DNA from: a virus
Taxonomy: Duplodnaviria; Caudoviricetes
IMG/VR virus record: IMGVR_UViG_3300005405_000081
Span: 1-25,599 of that record
Reading direction: 5' to 3' (one strand)
DNA length: 25,599 nucleotides
Positions 1 to 7,542 of this stretch are shown piece by piece. Position 1 is the first letter of the stretch. Each line of letters starts with the position of its first letter. The notes under the pieces were generated by a model. That model saw nothing but the letters and a program-made list of their open reading frames with translations. It made no database searches and was not told the origin of the DNA. The position numbers and the translations under genes are program-made.

Positions 1-18
1 GAATCGTCTCACCCCGAC
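1..18 (+). tRNA. 3' end of tRNA-Pro-like sequence (truncated by window); probable att core
   Basis: GAAT (T-loop end) + CGTCT (T-stem) + CACCCCG (acceptor 3' strand) + A73 + C. G72/A73 are bacterial tRNA-Pro identity elements. It lies directly upstream of an integrase. The anticodon is not visible. Confidence 0.7.
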
Positions 19-30
19 TAACTGATAATT

Positions 31-63
31 AAGCACTTACATTAAATTGTAGGTGCTTTTTTT
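31..63 (+). terminator. Rho-independent terminator after tRNA/att
   Basis: AAGCACTTACA-ttaaat-TGTAGGTGCTT stem (one G-U pair) followed by a T-run. Confidence 0.75.
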
Positions 64-95
64 GTTTTTTATATGTGTTAAATAGCATGCTTATT

Positions 96-127
96 GTTGT
101 TTTTTAGTGCTTTTTAGCCTATATTTG
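96..127 (+). promoter_or_regulatory. Bacteroidota-type promoter for integrase
   Basis: TATATTTG at 120-127 matches the -7 consensus TAnnTTTG; TTG at 97-99 lies 20 bp upstream (-33 position). Confidence 0.6.
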
Positions 128-128
128 A

Positions 129-167
129 GTGCAAATTTTATGCAAAAATGCAAATTTCGTGCAAATT
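129..167 (+). repeat. Four TGCAAA repeats, probable integrase arm-type sites
   Basis: TGCAAA at 130, 141, 149 and 160 (two pairs with 11-bp spacing) between att and the int ATG. Confidence 0.55.
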
Positions 168-1334
168 ATGGCGACATTAAGACTCTATTTTGATACAAGA
201 CGTGCAAAGCAAGACGGGACATTTCCAATAAAGATTATTGTAAATCATAATGCTGCAATAATCTTTTCGACAGGTGTGTCGGCTACAGAAGATCAGTGGA
301 CTGGAAGTGAATTGAATAAAAAGGCTGAAAACTATAAAACTAAGAATTCGATAATACGCGATAGATATTATAAAATAGAGTCAATCTTATTATCACTTGA
401 ACGAAATTCTTCCATTAAAAACATGAGTGATAAAAAACTAAAAGATAAAATTGAAGAGTCAATTAAAGGCAAGAAAGAAAAATCATTTATTGAAATTCAC
501 GACTCATTTGTAAATATAAAGCAAAATAAAAGAACGAAAGAAATTTACACTTCTACCAGGAACAAGATAACAGCCATAGATCCAGATGTTACATTTATGG
601 AAATGGATATAAATTGGCTACATGAGTTTGATAATTCAATGCTGGATGATGGCCTTAGCATAAATGCCAGGGCTATCCATATGCGGAATATCCGGGCAGT
701 GTTTAATTATGCCATAGACAATGATATAATAGACTTGAATGTTTACCCATTCCGAAAATTTAAGATCAAAAAACAACAAACACCTAAAAGATCTTTGTCC
801 GATGAGCAATTGAAGCTGATCCGGGATTACAACGGCCCATTTAAAGAATATGCCGACTTCTTTATGTTGTCATTCTACCTTATAGGAATTAATATTATTG
901 ACATTCTTCATGTTAAAGATATTGTAAATGGAAGAATAGAATACCATAGAGCAAAAACGGGCCGTTTTTATACGATAGAAGTATCAGAGGAAGCAAGACA
1001 GATTATAAACGCTCACAGAGGCTCTGAGTACCTTTTAAAATGGAGAGAAAGATATACAGATTACACAGGATTTAAATTCCGTGTTAATTTGAACTTGAAG
1101 AAACTAACGTTTAAACGTAATAATGCAACTCAAACAATCTGTGAAGATCTTACAACATATTATGCCCGGCATACATGGGCAACAATTGCCGCAAGGCTTG
1201 ATATCCCAAAAGAAACAATTTCTGCAGCATTAGGACATGGAGGAAATACGGTTACGGATGTGTATATTGACTTTGATATGAAAAAGGTTGATGAAGCAAA
1301 CAGGAAGGTAATTGATTATGTAAAAATGCTGTGA
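168..1334 (+). CDS. int: Tyrosine integrase, Bacteroides type (Arm-binding + SAM-like + catalytic domains)
   Basis: N-terminal LYFDTRRAKQDGTFPIKI arm domain; GINIIDI, YHRAKTG, YYARHTWAT, LGH and VTDVY motifs. ATG168 preferred over GTG129, which lies in the repeats. Confidence 0.93.
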   Translation: MATLRLYFDTRRAKQDGTFPIKIIVNHNAAIIFSTGVSATEDQWTGSELNKKAENYKTKNSIIRDRYYKIESILLSLERNSSIKNMSDKKLKDKIEESIKGKKEKSFIEIHDSFVNIKQNKRTKEIYTSTRNKITAIDPDVTFMEMDINWLHEFDNSMLDDGLSINARAIHMRNIRAVFNYAIDNDIIDLNVYPFRKFKIKKQQTPKRSLSDEQLKLIRDYNGPFKEYADFFMLSFYLIGINIIDILHVKDIVNGRIEYHRAKTGRFYTIEVSEEARQIINAHRGSEYLLKWRERYTDYTGFKFRVNLNLKKLTFKRNNATQTICEDLTTYYARHTWATIAARLDIPKETISAALGHGGNTVTDVYIDFDMKKVDEANRKVIDYVKML

Positions 1335-1358
1335 TTCTAATAAATCACAGCATTTTTA
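1321..1358. terminator. Bidirectional terminator between int and the convergent cargo operon
   Basis: Perfect 16-bp inverted repeat TAAAAATGCTGTGATT-ctaata-AATCACAGCATTTTTA with A/T tracts at both ends. Confidence 0.85.
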
Positions 1359-1362
1359 ATTT

Positions 1363-1518
1363 TTATTCATTTGGTTCAATATTTGGCACAGGTAAATCGC
1401 AAGGAATAGTCAGCTCATTAAACTCGATAGGACTATCGGTATTGTATTCATAGCTCGGCTGCTGTTGATCACAGTATATGTAATCAAAGCTTGCTGTTTC
1501 TTTGTTTTCTTGTTCCAT
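1363..1518 (-). CDS. 51-aa acidic peptide (not in ORF track): MEQENKETASFDYIYCDQQQPSYEYNTDSPIEFNELTIPCDLPVPNIEPNE
   Basis: Translated by hand. It fills the gap up to the terminator and shares DLPVP with the upstream ORF, with only synonymous differences. Confidence 0.6.
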   Translation of the reverse strand: MEQENKETASFDYIYCDQQQPSYEYNTDSPIEFNELTIPCDLPVPNIEPNE

Positions 1519-1729
1519 TATTTATAAATTTAATTGAAGTTTTTATTTTTTTTAAATATCCTTTTGGTACTGGTAAATCTGGTGTATCACATATAGATCC
1601 AACACATCTCGTATTTACTTTAACATATTTGACTTTATATATACACCTTCCAGAAACAGTTATTTTAATTATTTTTCTTCTTATCTTTGTTACACCTAAA
1701 TTTTGCGGCGCTTGTATTTTATTTATCAT
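1484..1729 (-). CDS. 81-aa basic hypothetical protein containing DLPVP
   Basis: ATGA overlap with the stop of the 2-TM gene suggests translational coupling; Lys-rich. Confidence 0.55.
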   Translation of the reverse strand: MINKIQAPQNLGVTKIRRKIIKITVSGRCIYKVKYVKVNTRCVGSICDTPDLPVPKGYLKKIKTSIKFINNGTRKQRNSKL

Positions 1730-2271
1730 AATGTGTTATCTTGTATGTTATATAATTCACTTAGGTATTTTATGCATTTTTCTTTTGCTTTTTCATTTCT
1801 AGGTTTATTTATTTTACCAAATATGTCTGATATTGTCTGTTGAGTATTAAATATATCTTTATTTATTAATGTGTATTTATCGTTGTATCTTAAGTAATTT
1901 GAATTGTCTTTTTTGATCGAGTCAAAAATGGATTGAATCATATCAAATTGATTTGAGTTCTCTGCAATTGATTCTTTTAGTTTTTGAATCTTTTCTTTAT
2001 CCATAAAAAAATATGACAATTTAAACTTGTCTGTATTTGATAGTAGGTATCCTACGAATGCCAGAAAAAATGGAATTGCATCTTCCAAAAAAACATTTAA
2101 ATAAAATTTTATAGCAAACCCTGTAGCTCCTCCCAGCAAAGTAATAAAACTTTGATATAATTTATTTTTAGTATTTTCACAATCAATCAACATTTGAGAA
2201 TAGTAATAATCTGTTTTTATCTGCTTCATTTGAATCCAAATTTTACTTCGGAGTATTTCTGCTTGATTCAT
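1726..2271 (-). CDS. Two-TM membrane protein with SLATT-like architecture
   Basis: N-terminal helix, two hydrophobic segments (SFITLLGGATGFAIKFYL; AIPFFLAFVGYLL), then a helical C-terminus. The SLATT similarity is architectural inference only. Confidence 0.7.
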   Translation of the reverse strand: MNQAEILRSKIWIQMKQIKTDYYYSQMLIDCENTKNKLYQSFITLLGGATGFAIKFYLNVFLEDAIPFFLAFVGYLLSNTDKFKLSYFFMDKEKIQKLKESIAENSNQFDMIQSIFDSIKKDNSNYLRYNDKYTLINKDIFNTQQTISDIFGKINKPRNEKAKEKCIKYLSELYNIQDNTL

Positions 2272-2331
2272 AATATAATACTCTAATGATTATATACTTA
2301 TGGTTTGATTTAATTATTGACAACCTGATTG

Positions 2332-2538
2332 CTAAATATTATCTGGGCCAAAGTATTCTGATAACTTTCTTCCTTCTGCATCTTCAATTCTTTCCTTATT
2401 TACCCAGTAACTTGATATTCGACCTTGACTATCTACTTCAGCAACGTAGTTTGAATTTGCACTTTCTAAATCTTTGCAACGAGTCCATTCCTTATTCATT
2501 ACGTTTAAACAGAATAATGTTTTGCTTTCTTCTTTCAT
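2332..2538 (-). CDS. Hypothetical protein, 68 aa
   Basis: Co-oriented with the cargo block, protein-like composition, A-rich upstream context. Confidence 0.6.
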   Translation of the reverse strand: MKEESKTLFCLNVMNKEWTRCKDLESANSNYVAEVDSQGRISSYWVNKERIEDAEGRKLSEYFGPDNI

Positions 2539-2581
2539 AATAATAATTTTTTGTGGTTTGTATATAGTAATTATTGTTTGC

Positions 2582-3169
2582 TTATTTTTCTACAAATCTA
2601 AAATCAAATACTGGAAGATACGCGCCTGATCCTGATTGAGCATTATAATAAAAACAGTATTCACCTGGATCAATATTCCCTTTAATAGACACCTTGTATA
2701 TTCCTTCATTAATTTTAACAACATCAATCGAAGCATCTATATTATCCATTACTCCTAATTCAGTTCCTGAATATATATTTACCTTTCCTGTTTCCAGCTC
2801 TCTTTTGTTGTTTTTTACTTTAAATTTAGCTAAAGCAAAATCGCTAGGAGAAGATGAATTTATAAACATAAAGTATTTGTTAATGTTTTCTATACCTGGA
2901 TTTTTTGAAAAATAAAAATAAAATTCAGTATCAACATTTGCCAAATTTTGAGAGTATTCTCCATCAAAAATTAATTTAATCTTTGAGGATGCAATTCCCA
3001 TAGTTAATGCAGAACCTAAAGTATTTGTTTTAAATCTAGAATACTTAATAGGCTCTATCTTTGATGTAATAAATCCATTTTTAGCATATATGCCTATGCT
3101 ATCATTTTGGCTGTATGCTTGAATATTAATAGCTGAAAGAAAAACAATAAATAAAAATAATAATTTCAT
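2582..3169 (-). CDS. Exported/periplasmic beta-rich protein with Sec signal peptide
   Basis: MKLLFLFIVFLSAINIQAYS|Q signal peptide with the Gln+1 typical of Bacteroidota; immediately downstream of the repressor. Confidence 0.8.
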   Translation of the reverse strand: MKLLFLFIVFLSAINIQAYSQNDSIGIYAKNGFITSKIEPIKYSRFKTNTLGSALTMGIASSKIKLIFDGEYSQNLANVDTEFYFYFSKNPGIENINKYFMFINSSSPSDFALAKFKVKNNKRELETGKVNIYSGTELGVMDNIDASIDVVKINEGIYKVSIKGNIDPGEYCFYYNAQSGSGAYLPVFDFRFVEK

Positions 3170-3198
3170 AATTTAAATATAAGGTGATTGTATATAAT

Positions 3199-3843
3199 CT
3201 AAAAACGTTTTACGCTGCCTAATACTTTATAAACTCTTTGAATAATTGATTTTGGAATTTCTTGTGGTTTATAATTTCCATTTACAGGTATCAAAGTATA
3301 AAAGCCTTCTTTGTCTGATTTTGATACTCTTTTAACTGTCCTAAATTCTTCTGTTACTAACCCATACACTTCATCAAGAAGAATAAATTCTCTCCATGAT
3401 TTTACTTCCTGCATTGCTATAATGTCTCCATGCGTGATTGCAGGCTCCATCGAATGCCCTGTAATATTACACCAAACAACCCCAGGTTTATTATAAGGTT
3501 CAAAGTCTATGTAATAATCAGGGTTAATAGTCTGATCATTTATCATAATTTCAAAACCTCCTATAAAATCTACATTGTAATAAGGTGATCCTTTTGTCTC
3601 GTAATTTACTAGTGCAAATTTTTCCTTATTCATGTTTCCAGTTCCTTTTAACAACCATTCAATGTTGATTGACGGAAATGCGTCTGTTATTTTTTGTATT
3701 TGTTCAAAACTTGGGTTTGTTTGCTTTTCAAACATTGATTTAATAGTTGTTCTTGGAACATTTACAATTTTTGAAAACGAATTAATGTTAAGTTTTTCTC
3801 TTTCAATTATTAAGTTAATGCGTTCTAATATAGACTTTTCCAT
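3199..3843 (-). CDS. cI: CI-like repressor (HTH + S24 autopeptidase)
   Basis: HTH NINSFSKIVNVPRTTIKSM...NPSFE, INIEWLLKGTG linker, catalytic Ser in GHSMEP and Lys in TVKRV. Start placed at ATG3843 because the longer ORF overlaps the operators. Confidence 0.9.
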   Translation of the reverse strand: MEKSILERINLIIEREKLNINSFSKIVNVPRTTIKSMFEKQTNPSFEQIQKITDAFPSINIEWLLKGTGNMNKEKFALVNYETKGSPYYNVDFIGGFEIMINDQTINPDYYIDFEPYNKPGVVWCNITGHSMEPAITHGDIIAMQEVKSWREFILLDEVYGLVTEEFRTVKRVSKSDKEGFYTLIPVNGNYKPQEIPKSIIQRVYKVLGSVKRF

Positions 3844-3870
3844 GATTTTGTTATTTAGATTGTTTCTAAA

Positions 3871-3930
3871 ATGACGTAAATGCGCCATTTTGATCATTAA
3901 TATTTTGCAGATAAGACGTAAATACGCCAT
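3871..3930. promoter_or_regulatory. Two imperfect 18-bp palindromic operators (3871-3888, 3913-3930)
   Basis: ATGACGTAAATGCGCCAT and AAGACGTAAATACGCCAT; consensus ATGRCGYA-nn-TRCGYCAT; 42 bp apart; the second lies in the rightward promoter spacer. Confidence 0.75.
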
Positions 3931-3935
3931 ATTTG
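3904..3935 (+). promoter_or_regulatory. Rightward (lytic) promoter
   Basis: TTTG(3904-3907)-20 bp-CATATTTG(3928-3935), a 7/8 match to Bacteroidota TTTG-N19-21-TAnnTTTG. Confidence 0.6.
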
Positions 3936-4009
3936 CACTGTGTAACTAAGTAACTAACGTTAGAGGGCTTTAAAAAGGGATCGCAATCCCTTATCAATTT
4001 CTATCGTGG

Positions 4010-4040
4010 CGAATGTAAACACAATTTAATTAATGTCAAA
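4010..4040 (-). promoter_or_regulatory. Leftward (repressor) promoter
   Basis: On the minus strand: TTTG(4040-4037)-19 bp-TACATTCG(4017-4010), one mismatch to TAnnTTTG. Confidence 0.5.
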
Positions 4041-4069
4041 AATAATTGAGTTATAAATAACTAATAAAA

Positions 4070-4282
4070 ATGGGAAAAGTAACAACATCTGAAATCAGAG
4101 CAATACCACCAGGTGGTAAGAGAACATTTTCGGTTGATACGGCAAAAGATTGCTTCACTGCCGTTACGCTGGCCTATCAGCTGACTAGTAAAGAAAAGGA
4201 GAGAGGAATTCGCTACAAATGCAAGAAAAATGTAATAAAGCGAGAAGTAGAAATTGAAGCTATTAAAATTAAGGAGGATTAA
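4070..4282 (+). CDS. Cro-position small basic protein
   Basis: First gene divergent from cI; 70 aa, basic; no classical HTH recognised. Confidence 0.75.
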   Translation: MGKVTTSEIRAIPPGGKRTFSVDTAKDCFTAVTLAYQLTSKEKERGIRYKCKKNVIKREVEIEAIKIKED

Positions 4283-4284
4283 AC

Positions 4285-4494
4285 ATGGCACGTCCTAGAA
4301 AAACAGTAAAGGTTGAAGCTATCGAAAAAAGGTGGCTAAATAAGCAGGAAGCTCTCGCCTATTTAGGTTGTGGTGAAAGGTATCTAGCAAAGTTGCGTGA
4401 TGAAGCTAAAGTTTCTTTTTCTCGCGATGGGAAAATGATTTGGTATGACTTGAGAAGTTTGGATCTATTTATTTCTAGAAACAAGGTGGTATGA
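4285..4494 (+). CDS. Excisionase-like winged HTH (HTH_17-like)
   Basis: WLNKQEALAYLG...VSFSRDGKMIWYDLRSLDLFI pattern. Confidence 0.8.
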   Translation: MARPRKTVKVEAIEKRWLNKQEALAYLGCGERYLAKLRDEAKVSFSRDGKMIWYDLRSLDLFISRNKVV

Positions 4495-4649
4495 AAAAAT
4501 CGAAAAAACCATTTGGAAAGAAAATTATGATGTCTATATGCATGGTTATTTGCATTGTGTTTATAGCATCATCTATCGGTGATTTACGGCACCTCCCGGC
4601 GCTATCTCTTTACTCTCTGTTTACTGCTGGAGTTTATAAATTTTGGTAA
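4491..4649 (+). CDS. 52-aa small membrane protein (not in ORF track)
   Basis: MKKSKKPFGKKIMMSICMVICIVFIASSIGDLRHLPALSLYSLFTAGVYKFW; ATGA overlap with the upstream gene; fills the gap. Confidence 0.65.
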   Translation: MKKSKKPFGKKIMMSICMVICIVFIASSIGDLRHLPALSLYSLFTAGVYKFW

Positions 4650-4667
4650 CGTTTAAACGGTAATATT

Positions 4668-5246
4668 ATGACTAGAGAAGAATGGTTAAATAAAGCGGTT
4701 GACGAATTAAGGCCGCTATTCAAGCCAGATTATACTGTTCCTGAAGTACGAATTTCTATAGGATTTCCTCCTAAAGGTGGATTATCAAAAAGAAGAGTGC
4801 TTGGTGTTTGCTGGAAAGCTGAATGCGCTACAGACAGAATTGTGCAGATATATATAAATCCAACCATTGTGGAAGTAGGAGGCGCACAGGGTGTGCTTTC
4901 GGTAGTTGCACATGAATTAGTACATGCATGTGGTATTTCTGGACATGGAAAAGAATTTGCAAAATGTGGTAATCATATTGGGCTTGAAGGTAAAATGAGT
5001 AGCAGTGTAGCTGGGCCTTTATTGCTATCTAATATTGATGCTATTGAAAAGAAATTAGGAAAATTTCCGCATGCACCACTTGTTCCAACCGCTAATCTTT
5101 CAGGGCTAAAACCGGACAAATGTAGGATGTATAAATGTGAATGCAGCCAATGCGGTTATACCGTACGTGTTTCGGCAAAATGGATTGAAGTGGCAACACC
5201 AAAGTGCCCGGTATGTGATGAAGAACTATCAAAAGAACAAAAGTGA
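4668..5246 (+). CDS. SprT-like zinc metalloprotease with C-terminal Zn ribbon
   Basis: HELVH...GHGKEF zincin motif; CSQC...CPVC at the C-terminus. Confidence 0.8.
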   Translation: MTREEWLNKAVDELRPLFKPDYTVPEVRISIGFPPKGGLSKRRVLGVCWKAECATDRIVQIYINPTIVEVGGAQGVLSVVAHELVHACGISGHGKEFAKCGNHIGLEGKMSSSVAGPLLLSNIDAIEKKLGKFPHAPLVPTANLSGLKPDKCRMYKCECSQCGYTVRVSAKWIEVATPKCPVCDEELSKEQK

Positions 5247-5247
5247 T

Positions 5248-5979
5248 ATGAGAGAGGCAGTATATTTTTCGCATGATAGTAATGCAAAGGATGATCCTAA
5301 ATGCATGCTTCTTATTGACCAGTTAGGTCTAGAAGGGTATGGAGCATTTTGGATTCTAGTTGAGATATTGAGGGAACAGCCAGGGTATCGTTGCCCTATC
5401 AGCTTACTCCCAATTTTAGCAAAGAGATACAATATTACGGCTGCAAAGCTTGAAACAGTAGTGAGGTCGTTCGGTTTATTCGTGATCGCAGAAGATAGTT
5501 TTTTCTTCTCAAATTCTTTGAATAAAAGAATGAGTGTAATGTGTGAAAAGTCTGATAGAAGAAAGGCAGCCGCTTTAAAAGCTGGCTTAAAATCTGGAGA
5601 AGTTAGAAGGCTTAAAGCAATGTCAAACAGTAGTTTGAACGAACGTTCAACGAACGTTCAACATGAGTTGAACGAAAATGAACAAAAAGAAAAGAAAAGA
5701 AATGAAATTAAAGAAGATGTATATACTGGAAAAGCTACCGCTTTTATTCCTCCTACCGTAGGAGAAGTGCAATCTTATTGTAGCGAAAGAAATAATAAAA
5801 TAGATGCCGCCTATTTTGTTGACTTCTATGCATCCAAAGGCTGGATGGTTGGAAAAAATAAAATGAAGGATTGGCAAGCCGCGGTGAGAACCTGGGAAAG
5901 AACAGAAAATACTAACATTAAAACTTCAAACAGAAATGAGCAAACAGAGAATCAAAGCAGGAGATACAAGCAGCTATAG
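5248..5979 (+). CDS. Replication initiator (DUF4373-like N-terminus)
   Basis: YFSHD..GLEGYGAFWILVE N-terminus; FIPPT..EV..FVDFY.SKGW..MKDWQAAVRTWE C-terminus; upstream of DnaB; ATG5248 follows the previous stop. Confidence 0.8.
   Translation: MREAVYFSHDSNAKDDPKCMLLIDQLGLEGYGAFWILVEILREQPGYRCPISLLPILAKRYNITAAKLETVVRSFGLFVIAEDSFFFSNSLNKRMSVMCEKSDRRKAAALKAGLKSGEVRRLKAMSNSSLNERSTNVQHELNENEQKEKKRNEIKEDVYTGKATAFIPPTVGEVQSYCSERNNKIDAAYFVDFYASKGWMVGKNKMKDWQAAVRTWERTENTNIKTSNRNEQTENQSRRYKQL
5626..5684. repeat. Putative replication origin iterons inside the initiator gene
   Basis: 11-bp periodic AACGAACGTTC x2 (5638-5659), AACATGAGTTG, AACGAAAATGA, followed by an A-rich tract; lambdoid ori layout. 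Confidence 0.7.
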
Positions 5980-7306
5980 CCTTCCTCACAACATTGCTGC
6001 CGAAAAAGCTGTAATTGGCATGCTTATTATGGAGTCTACAGCGATCAATGAAGTGATGTCTATCCTTGAACCAGATATGTTTTATGATGCTAATTTATCA
6101 ACACTCTATGCAGCTGTAAGGTCAATTACGGATAGAGGCGATAAAATAGATATGTTGTCTGTAACGAGGGAGTTGATTCGTATTGGTAAGCTGGAAGATA
6201 TAGGAGGCCCTTATTTAATTAGTGAGCTTACAATGAATGTTGCATCTTCTACTAATATTGCGGATCACGCAAAATACATCCACCAACTTTATTTGGCAAG
6301 AAAACTTGCTGTTACCGGACAGGCAATTACGGCAAAAGCGCTTGATCAGACTAACGACATTGAAGAAGTGATAGCTGAATCATTGAAAGAAGTAGAAAAT
6401 GTAGCATCCGGAACTTGCTATAATGTTAATTCAATTTCATTGGTAGATGCTGCGATCAGAGCTGTTGAACGATACCAGGAGCGTGAAAATATGGTTAGGA
6501 GAGGTGAAAAAATTGGAGTTCCAACTGGACTTGATAAATTGGATAAGTGTACTGGAGGTTGGAAACCACAGGAAGTTATTATTGTTGCTGCACGTCCTGG
6601 TATGGGTAAAACGGCTTTTATGCTTCACATGGCAAAAACAGCAGCAGCTCATTTTGTCCCTGTATTAATCTTCACATTGGAAATGTCTTCTGATTCACTG
6701 TCTGATAGATTTATGTTGTCGGAAATGTCTGTAATTCCAGATAGATACAAGAATGGGTATTTAAGTAACGAAGAAAAGCCAATCATGTGTAATGCAGCTG
6801 ACCGATTATCTTCTCTTCCAATCATCATAGACGAAACTGCAGGAATTTCAGTACAGCAAATTAAAGCCAGGGCTAAAAATATGCAGAGGAAGGGTAAATG
6901 CGGACTTATTATGATTGACTATTTGCAGTTGATAGAGGTGGCTGGAAACCAAAGCTACACTAGAGAAAATGAGGTAAGTCAAATTAGCAAGTCAATAAAG
7001 CGAATGGCTAAGGATCTTAATGTTCCTGTTGTTGTATTGTCGCAATTGTCACGAAAGATTGAGGAAAGACAGGATAAAACACCGGTACTTGCTGATTTAA
7101 GAGAGTCTGGTTCTTTGGAGCAGGATGCAGATGTTGTATTATTTATTAGCCGTCCTGAGTACTATGATAATACCAAAGAAAAGGGTAAAGGTATTATGAG
7201 GCTGGCAAAGCAACGCAACGGAGTAACAGGTGATTTTCCATTTGTCTATAATGAAAATCTTACTCGATTTGGGGATGAAGGAGATATGTTAGGATTACCT
7301 TTTTAA
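5936..7306 (+). CDS. dnaB: Replicative DNA helicase
   Basis: LPHNIAAEKAVIG, Walker A AARPGMGKT, IDYLQL, LSQLSR, DLRESGSLEQDAD, AKQRNG. Confidence 0.96.
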   Translation: MSKQRIKAGDTSSYSLPHNIAAEKAVIGMLIMESTAINEVMSILEPDMFYDANLSTLYAAVRSITDRGDKIDMLSVTRELIRIGKLEDIGGPYLISELTMNVASSTNIADHAKYIHQLYLARKLAVTGQAITAKALDQTNDIEEVIAESLKEVENVASGTCYNVNSISLVDAAIRAVERYQERENMVRRGEKIGVPTGLDKLDKCTGGWKPQEVIIVAARPGMGKTAFMLHMAKTAAAHFVPVLIFTLEMSSDSLSDRFMLSEMSVIPDRYKNGYLSNEEKPIMCNAADRLSSLPIIIDETAGISVQQIKARAKNMQRKGKCGLIMIDYLQLIEVAGNQSYTRENEVSQISKSIKRMAKDLNVPVVVLSQLSRKIEERQDKTPVLADLRESGSLEQDADVVLFISRPEYYDNTKEKGKGIMRLAKQRNGVTGDFPFVYNENLTRFGDEGDMLGLPF

Positions 7307-7317
7307 ATTAATTAATC

Positions 7318-7542
7318 ATGAATTTTAGTACTGTAAAAATAGGAAAAATATTTGCCGTGAACGGAGTAACATACATAGCAAAGCAATGTAAGGAAGGAAT
7401 ATCCTGTGGTGATGAAAGATCTGTTTGCGCTGCAAAAAAAGGAAATGGAGTTGTAAAATGCTTATCCCTACCAATGTGTACGACTAAGCGAGTAGAAATG
7501 TTTTTCGTTGAATGCGACAAAGATGGCAACGAGACCAGGTAA
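7318..7542 (+). CDS. Small Cys-rich phage protein
   Basis: 74 aa with 6 Cys, co-oriented and tightly packed. Confidence 0.65.
   Translation: MNFSTVKIGKIFAVNGVTYIAKQCKEGISCGDERSVCAAKKGNGVVKCLSLPMCTTKRVEMFFVECDKDGNETR

Noticed and set aside
1425-1438. CGATAG-ga-CTATCG inverted repeat
   Set aside because: A single 6-bp stem inside a coding region, compatible with chance.
3844-3930. N-terminal extension of the repressor ORF (repeated MAYLR/MAHLR)
   Set aside because: The peptide repeat is just the translation of the two operators; the HTH domain begins at ATG 3843.
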